Source of the DNA: a virus
Taxonomy: Duplodnaviria; Heunggongvirae; Uroviricota; Caudoviricetes
Reading direction: 5' to 3' (one strand)
Virus record (IMG/VR): IMGVR_UViG_3300028857_000005
Span: 64,001 to 76,213 of that record
DNA length: 12,213 nt
The notes beneath the pieces were generated by a model that did no database searches, was not told where the DNA came from, and was given only the letters and a program-made list of their open reading frames with translations. Shown here piece after piece: positions 7,901-12,213 of the stretch. Numbering within the stretch: position 1 is the first letter of the stretch; every line of letters begins with the position of its first letter. The position numbers were made by a program, and so were the translations under genes.

Positions 7901-10900
7901 CTTAGCTACATCACCGGGAGCACCGGAAGCAAGAAGTGAGGTAAATGTCTGGCGAAGAACCTGCTCTGCCTGTGCGGCAGTTCCTGACTTGACAACATCA
8001 AGCTTTGCACGGAACTTGTCTCCATTTTCTCCCTCAGCCTTTGCCTGATCCCTTACCCAAGACTGGGCAGTAACAGCGCGTGCCTGAGCACCCTTGTCAG
8101 TATCCTGAGTACGGGTGTTGATGGAAGAAACATTCTCGTTATATCCAAATGATGTTGCTGCACTTTGAAGAGTCTCTGTTGTTGTCTTGACGGCCTCACC
8201 GAATGCATGAAGCTTCTTCTCTTCTTCCTTGTAGTGGTTGTAGACCAACCATGCAATACCGCCCAAGGCCACAAGTGCTGCTACAGCAATACCGGCAGGG
8301 GAAGCAAGTGCTCCCAACGCTGTACCGGCCAGTGGCGCTGCACTTGCGATTGGTGCGAAGATTCCACCAAGCTTAGCTGCACCAGAAACTGCTGCCATTC
8401 CCTGTAGCATTCCAGTGAATGCCTGAACGCCCATGGATGCGAACATAAGCTTCTGAGAGAACTCTGCAAGCTGTCCCGGTAGGAACATTGATCCAGCCAT
8501 GAACGCCATATCAAGTCCACCAAGAGCGCCCTGTAGCTTTCCTCCACCAATCTTCTTCCTAGCAAGAGGAGTACCAGAAGATGCTGACGTGAGTGCGGCG
8601 GCATTGATTTCAATTCCTGCTGCCTTGATTGCCCTAGCAACACTGTCACCAGCATTGACTGTTGACTTGGTTAGAGTCTTGGATGTAAGAGCGATGCTTG
8701 TTCCGAATTCACCAAGTCCAAGCTTGAGGTCAGCCTTGCCCTTGCGCAATGCATCGACCGCCAAGATTGCACCCTGCTGGACACTATCTCCAATGAGAGT
8801 GATTTCCTTGGCTGGGGAGTGAATGCCTAGAGCCTTCTCTGCACCGCCCAAAGAAATGTTTGCACCCTGTAGGGATGTGACGAGACCCTGAGAGAACTTG
8901 GTTGCCCAACGCTTGATGCGGGAAGACATATTGGCAGCTTCCTTGTCTGCTGCCGCGAATTCTGCACCTGACATTGCACGGAACTTTGTTCCCTCACGAA
9001 CCGTACCCATTGTCTTTGAGAAATACCCTGTACTCTTTGCAATCCTTGCAGGACCATTGTTGTCCAAGCTGAACTGCGCTGCCGTCTGTGCTGCGCGAGC
9101 CTTCCATGCTGATGTTGCACTAGTTCCCAGAGGAGTCCTACCTTGGAAGTTCTGTTCCTTGGCAAACTTGAGGTCTGTTGTCGCAATAGCCCTGACGGCT
9201 GCGACTGCTCCCATTGTCTGGGGGTGCATATCCTGAGCAAGCAAAGCTAGCTCGTACTTGGCCTGCTCTGCTGAAAGCTTGAATGCGTTGAGGCTTCCAT
9301 CTGCATTCTTTCCGCTTGTGGCAATCTGCATGAAGGTCTTGGCTGCCTTCTCCTCTTCCAAGGTGAAGTTCTTTCCACCCTTGTCCATTTCAACAAGAGT
9401 ATTGACCATCTTCTTCATACCCGCCTGAGTAGCCTCGGTGTATGTGTTGATGTATCCTGAGTCAACGCCTACGCGCTTTGGAAGCCAGTTCTTGCCCTCT
9501 GCCTCTCCACCCTTGGTAAGGTGGGAGATGTGGGTACCGTAGTTTGCAGCATTGAGGGCACCGGAAGGAAGGGTCTGTCCATTCTTCTGTGCCCACAACT
9601 TAAGGTCATCCTGAGTGGTCTTTAGCTGGTTGTTGAAGAATGTCTTTGTTCCGGTGTCAGCGTCTAGACCTTCCTTCTTTGCCTTGGCAAAATCGTTAGG
9701 TGCTCCCCATCCACTCTTAGAAGTATTCCTTGCTCCAATGTCGCTGAGAACAGGATTGCCTACCAAAGTCAACTTGTCAGCAATATTGTTTACGCTGACA
9801 GCGCTTCCTTCAAGCTTCTGGAACATGCGAATAAGCATCTGTGCATACTGGCTACCCTCGGCAACAACATCGTTGACCATAGCCTGCATCTTCTCAGGTG
9901 CGCCCTTACCCCATGGCTTGTACTCTACATTGGTTCCACCTACATTGACAGAGTGCATTCCTTCTGTCTTACCACCGGCATAACCCGGTAGCTTGCCCTG
10001 ATTCATGAGAGCAAGGAGTGGAGCAAAACGCTTGGAGTCCTCAGCATTGATGACAGCTTCTCCCGGTGCCAGCATTGCTAGCTCGGTGTCCTTCTTTCCA
10101 CTGCCCATACCGGGAACGATCTGGATGCGTCCCTTGGCAAAACCGGGAATCTTGGTGGTGCGGAAACCTGCTGGGTTCGAACGTAGAGCGGCTGATGCTG
10201 CAATAGACATTCTTTCATAGGCCGCTACCAAACGTGCTACGGCAGATGCCTGTACGTTGAGCGATCCTGTGAGCGTTGTGACACGCCCCTCAAGGCTAGC
10301 CGTAGCTGCCTCGGTGTCAAGCTCTGCTGTTGCGAGATAGTTTGCAGACGCCCCAGCGTTCTTGAATCCGTTCACGATGAACATGATTGGGTTCTTCAAG
10401 AACTTGATGATCATACCGCCCATGTTGGCGAATAGACCTACAAGCATCGTAACTGTTGGCAGAACGATTCCACCAATAGCTGTACCGATTACGAGGAACT
10501 GCCTGAACTGAGGATTAAGACCATTGAATGCCTTGAGGATTCCTTCAACGGCATCCATGACTGGGAGGATGGCTGTAAGGAACTGCTCACCAATAGGCGC
10601 AACCTCAGCCTTGAGTCGTTCTAGGCTTCCTGCGAATTTGATCGAAACTGCCTGCTCGATCTTTGAAAGTTCCTTGTCGGAGATTGAGGCCAAAGTAGAC
10701 ATGGATGATCCCATAAGGTCGAGTACGCGAGAAGCCTGTCCACCTTCCTTATTGATGTTGGCGAACATTGCAGTCATACGTGCTACTTGGTACTTACCGA
10801 ATACCTTGCCCATAAGCTGCTGACGCTTAAGACCATCATCAATGGAAGCAAATGCTGCTCCGATTTCCTTGATCATTCCCGGTAGGTTACCAGCGTTACG

Positions 10901-12118
10901 TGAAACAATTCCCTCTAGGTCGATTCCTAGTTCCTTGGACTTGTCGATAGCTGCCTGTGTTGGGTTGATCAAAGACATCAAACCAGACTTAAGAGCGTTG
11001 GAACCCTGAGCGGCGTTAACTCCACCTTCACGCATAGCGGTAAGCATGTAGGTCAAGTCCTGTACGTTACCACCAAGAGCCTTGATAACAGGAGCTACCT
11101 TCGGGATAGCCTGTGTAACGTCATCGATGGACAGAACGGTCTGGTTTTCAACAGCGTTCAGGAAGTCAATGTTTGTGCCTAGGTCTGCTGACGAGATACC
11201 GAAGGCAGTCTGCAAGCTGATGGTCGTGTCAAGAGCCTGCTGGTATTCAATCTGACCAAGTGTGGATAGTCGTGTTGCTTCCTTGGTCTGTGCAATAAGG
11301 TCTGGACCCTGAGAACCCAAGGCAGCGGCCTTAGCTGCAAGTCCGATTGTGTCCTTGACAGCGATTCCGTACTTGGTGTATTCAGACGCAAGAGCCTTTA
11401 CCTCATTAAGAGCCTTCTCTGTTTCTGGGGCAGAAGTGAATGCGTCACCATAAACACGACGGAAGGAAACGGAAGCCATTTCGATATCACGGAATACCTT
11501 GATAGCCATAGCTCCGAAGATTGCAAGAGGCATGGAGAAACCGACCATAAGCTGGCGTCCTGCCCACTGTGTATTCTTACCCCAGTTGACGAGGCTTGTG
11601 GAGCCATCAGTCATGAGCTTGTTGAAAATCTGCATACGCTGCGTACCAATTGCTGCGTCAGCGTTAAACAAATTGAGTGGACGCACAGCAAGAGCCTTGG
11701 TCATGCCGTTATGGGCTGTTCCAAGGCTTACGTACTGTGTTTGAAGCTTCTTGACTCTGTCTGTAGCCAAGTTCATGATTTCGGCTTGCTGCCTGCCGAA
11801 TGCATTCTTGAACTTGCCACTGGCTGCTACGCCGTATCGAAAGTAATCTCCCAGCTTGAGCTTGCCTGTGTCGATTGACTTACCGAGACGATGGACGGAG
11901 GATTCAACCTCTGTGAGTCCGGTGGTGAATTGCCTCGTTCCTTCTACCTGCTGGGAGAAGGTCTTGATGAGGTCTTGCTGCTTTGATACCGCAGCGGAAT
12001 TGGAGGAGATAACCGACTGGTTGAATTGGGAAATACCAGCTTGTAGCTGGCGAAGCTGGGCTAGTGCGCCAGCCGAATCAATAGTAATACCAATGCCAGC
12101 GGTTACGTCAGTTGTCAT
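4952..12118 (-). CDS. Tail tape measure protein, 2388 aa
   Basis: Very long Ala/Gln/Lys/Gly-rich helical ORF with an AGGAG RBS. The TP901/PhageMin_Tail-type core (FRRVYG...FLNAVENQTVLSIDDVTQAIPKVAP...GSNALKSGL...VFGKYQVARMTAMF) lies at about 11470-10760. It also has hydrophobic segments, an LGIHSPAK motif and G-rich 'D.VPAML..GE' motifs typical of TMPs. Confidence 0.95.
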   Translation of the reverse strand: MTTDVTAGIGITIDSAGALAQLRQLQAGISQFNQSVISSNSAAVSKQQDLIKTFSQQVEGTRQFTTGLTEVESSVHRLGKSIDTGKLKLGDYFRYGVAASGKFKNAFGRQQAEIMNLATDRVKKLQTQYVSLGTAHNGMTKALAVRPLNLFNADAAIGTQRMQIFNKLMTDGSTSLVNWGKNTQWAGRQLMVGFSMPLAIFGAMAIKVFRDIEMASVSFRRVYGDAFTSAPETEKALNEVKALASEYTKYGIAVKDTIGLAAKAAALGSQGPDLIAQTKEATRLSTLGQIEYQQALDTTISLQTAFGISSADLGTNIDFLNAVENQTVLSIDDVTQAIPKVAPVIKALGGNVQDLTYMLTAMREGGVNAAQGSNALKSGLMSLINPTQAAIDKSKELGIDLEGIVSRNAGNLPGMIKEIGAAFASIDDGLKRQQLMGKVFGKYQVARMTAMFANINKEGGQASRVLDLMGSSMSTLASISDKELSKIEQAVSIKFAGSLERLKAEVAPIGEQFLTAILPVMDAVEGILKAFNGLNPQFRQFLVIGTAIGGIVLPTVTMLVGLFANMGGMIIKFLKNPIMFIVNGFKNAGASANYLATAELDTEAATASLEGRVTTLTGSLNVQASAVARLVAAYERMSIAASAALRSNPAGFRTTKIPGFAKGRIQIVPGMGSGKKDTELAMLAPGEAVINAEDSKRFAPLLALMNQGKLPGYAGGKTEGMHSVNVGGTNVEYKPWGKGAPEKMQAMVNDVVAEGSQYAQMLIRMFQKLEGSAVSVNNIADKLTLVGNPVLSDIGARNTSKSGWGAPNDFAKAKKEGLDADTGTKTFFNNQLKTTQDDLKLWAQKNGQTLPSGALNAANYGTHISHLTKGGEAEGKNWLPKRVGVDSGYINTYTEATQAGMKKMVNTLVEMDKGGKNFTLEEEKAAKTFMQIATSGKNADGSLNAFKLSAEQAKYELALLAQDMHPQTMGAVAAVRAIATTDLKFAKEQNFQGRTPLGTSATSAWKARAAQTAAQFSLDNNGPARIAKSTGYFSKTMGTVREGTKFRAMSGAEFAAADKEAANMSSRIKRWATKFSQGLVTSLQGANISLGGAEKALGIHSPAKEITLIGDSVQQGAILAVDALRKGKADLKLGLGEFGTSIALTSKTLTKSTVNAGDSVARAIKAAGIEINAAALTSASSGTPLARKKIGGGKLQGALGGLDMAFMAGSMFLPGQLAEFSQKLMFASMGVQAFTGMLQGMAAVSGAAKLGGIFAPIASAAPLAGTALGALASPAGIAVAALVALGGIAWLVYNHYKEEEKKLHAFGEAVKTTTETLQSAATSFGYNENVSSINTRTQDTDKGAQARAVTAQSWVRDQAKAEGENGDKFRAKLDVVKSGTAAQAEQVLRQTFTSLLASGAPGDVAKSIVEQMANEVNRQNIFKKIGDDLGTALDPKGKIRSVAQLIQKNMAPGFEAAATAAKKVADQEKLIEEAKKNGIKIKGGYDQKTLESIAKYKKNIEAIRSEEAQTKAGSGSIVQQSAEDLNKFLGAGLIDQQQFQEGFLAIKNSVQQAFPTDAAAQADAYTNAVQGMGVQLQYNLPVLNDAAVAAATLNAVMSGADPTDINNALLSAAGNAGVATAALNVLAAAAQNNPVVNGTANIGTIEAQIAAKKNQITSLTKKPAKKKAGSGGGGGGGGGSAPKSKYDKKSDAIAKANARLDIQEVKIDRTEDSKIQHAMDQRWGGKTVEINGLKVTVKNSADVEYAMQQIDETIEDINRNQVDPLNDRLDVLHDKQDKINRQITEWQQEIDKINEGYAAQTKPLERANTLLEGQQATLEATRDKQLQGIDLQTSALQNQIDVAQYAAEVQGKLLDDQMEKNSLNAELIDKQVQAIDDQISALEDVKTLNDILAAQKQSQLGLASALSSGDAGAAAAAMLESQSSAAGGASQLQTAGMTGQRDELQAQSDALNAQNDLLSKRKDAMDRGVDALNRQLAALTQQRTLIEDNYKLELQGIANSIANNSERIRQLTFERDTRVQFWQDQIDKYAPALRDLDNQIYDIEQKIKKIQDEKIKPLERQRDLLADILGDVQQQIAREKAVIDQKRKQLDYANKINNAMKTLFDRSKAAGGAAGGIGTALGSSSKALQKALADLKELEAKLKAAKFQKKIEMGMVTKDKNGAIKVFNSPGEAAQYVSETFGNAKVVTKNDIEGTSKINGKNVKGDYSTIARKISEALDNDVKKHIITQISVDPEHKQVKITAKKVKGEMVYTLNGKSFTAARGGILPGFRGVTHGDNVPAMLRSGEGVTVGEALSQNKYETKRLLALNKAALSGNMGSFYRDWSAPEITTAVPVMAPAVNGSTSGDTYNEYNLTVSGFGSTATADEIAGKVMYTIKEAQRGQIRSRS
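4962..4966 (-). promoter_or_regulatory. Shine-Dalgarno AGGAG for the 190-aa gene, within the last TMP codons
   Basis: AGGAG-TAGGTC-ATG, 6-nt spacer. Confidence 0.75.
7082..7108 (-). other. Gly9 linker in the TMP (residues about 1671-1679), flanked by Lys-rich segments
   Basis: Nine consecutive Gly codons (mixed GGT/GGA/GGC) in the context KKPAKKKAGS-G9-SAPKSKYDKK. Confidence 0.85.
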
Positions 12119-12122
12119 ATTT

Positions 12123-12127
12123 CTCCT
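12123..12127 (-). promoter_or_regulatory. Shine-Dalgarno AGGAG for the TMP
   Basis: AGGAG-AAAT-ATG, a short 4-nt spacer. Confidence 0.75.
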
Positions 12128-12134
12128 AGCCCCA

Positions 12135-12143
12135 ATTATAGCA
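12135..12143 (-). promoter_or_regulatory. Extended -10 promoter element TGCTATAAT upstream of the TMP gene
   Basis: Perfect TGnTATAAT consensus located in the only intergenic gap of the window. No TTGACA-like -35 at 17-bp spacing. Confidence 0.65.
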
Positions 12144-12150
12144 GATGTAC

Positions 12151-12213
12151 TTATTCCACTATCTCGTAATCAAGGCCATTTCCAATACCAATTCCAGCGG
12201 ACATTGCTTCTGC
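12151..12213 (-). CDS. 3' end of upstream gene (...AEAMSAGIGIGNGLDYEIVE*), probable tail assembly chaperone; partial
   Basis: Open frame from the window edge to TAA at 12153-12151. The position immediately before the TMP is where G/GT-type chaperones normally lie. Only 20 codons are visible. Confidence 0.55.
   Translation of the reverse strand, partial: AEAMSAGIGIGNGLDYEIVE

Larger units (their letters stand above)
12086..12200. repeat. 17-bp direct repeat with 1 mismatch: AATACCAAT(G/T)CCAGCGG at 12086-12102 and 12184-12200
   Basis: Read directly from the sequence. The copies are 98 bp apart and each encodes AGIGI in the frame of its own gene. Confidence 0.8.
1..12213 (-). mobile_element. 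Bacteriophage (or prophage) tail gene cluster, siphovirus-type order: chaperone - TMP - Dit-like - tail tip/hub
   Basis: Four contiguous co-oriented minus-strand genes with only 32 bp non-coding. There is a recognisable tape measure protein followed by a small and then a very large gene, the canonical siphovirus order. No sheath, integrase or host genes in the window. Confidence 0.93.

Noticed and set aside
5411-11744. Short ORFs antisense or out of frame within the TMP
   Set aside because: Low-complexity Ser/Leu/Arg-rich translations typical of shadow frames, with no independent support.
4952-12118. Peptidoglycan hydrolase domain (transglycosylase, M23, NlpC/P60, LysM) in the TMP
   Set aside because: No matching catalytic motifs recognised, and I saw no Cys for an NlpC/CHAP active site. 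A divergent domain cannot be excluded without a profile search.
12151-12204. 17-codon mini-ORF starting at ATG (MSAGIGIG...)
   Set aside because: Better explained as an internal Met of the upstream gene, whose frame is open to the window edge.
1-12213. GATC or general palindrome avoidance
   Set aside because: GATC occurs about 45 times, close to expectation, and GCGC, AAGCTT and GAATTC are common. Only specific sites are depleted.
1-12213. Contractile injection system, tailocin, gene transfer agent, diversity-generating retroelement, tRNA, terminator or CRISPR array
   Set aside because: No sheath, wedge, reverse transcriptase, template/variable repeat pair, cloverleaf, hairpin-poly(U) or spaced repeats seen, and there is almost no non-coding space.

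Overview
This window is a tail-morphogenesis module of a large tailed phage, most likely a siphovirus with a long non-contractile tail. It could be a free phage or a prophage; no host genes are visible. It is almost entirely coding, all on the minus strand. In transcription order: the last 20 codons of an upstream gene, probably a tail assembly chaperone (12213-12151); a 32-bp spacer with an extended -10 and RBS; a 2388-aa tape measure protein (TMP, 12118-4952); a 190-aa distal-tail (Dit)-like protein (4955-4383); and a TTG-initiated tail tip/hub protein of at least 1460 aa (4382 to <1). That last gene is missing from the ORF track, apparently because it has no stop codon inside the window; I translated it by hand and found no in-frame stop. 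From memory (not a search), the protein motifs resemble those of large actinobacterial siphoviruses. The most notable signals are: no CCWGG site found in 12.2 kb plus depletion of other restriction-type sites; a NUMOD1-like DNA-binding motif and a His-containing motif inside the TMP; duplicated beta-barrel repeats and a carbohydrate-binding-like module in the tail tip protein; and a 17-bp near-perfect direct repeat bracketing the chaperone/TMP junction. I see no clear evidence of a wholly new system. All motif counts were made by eye and are approximate.
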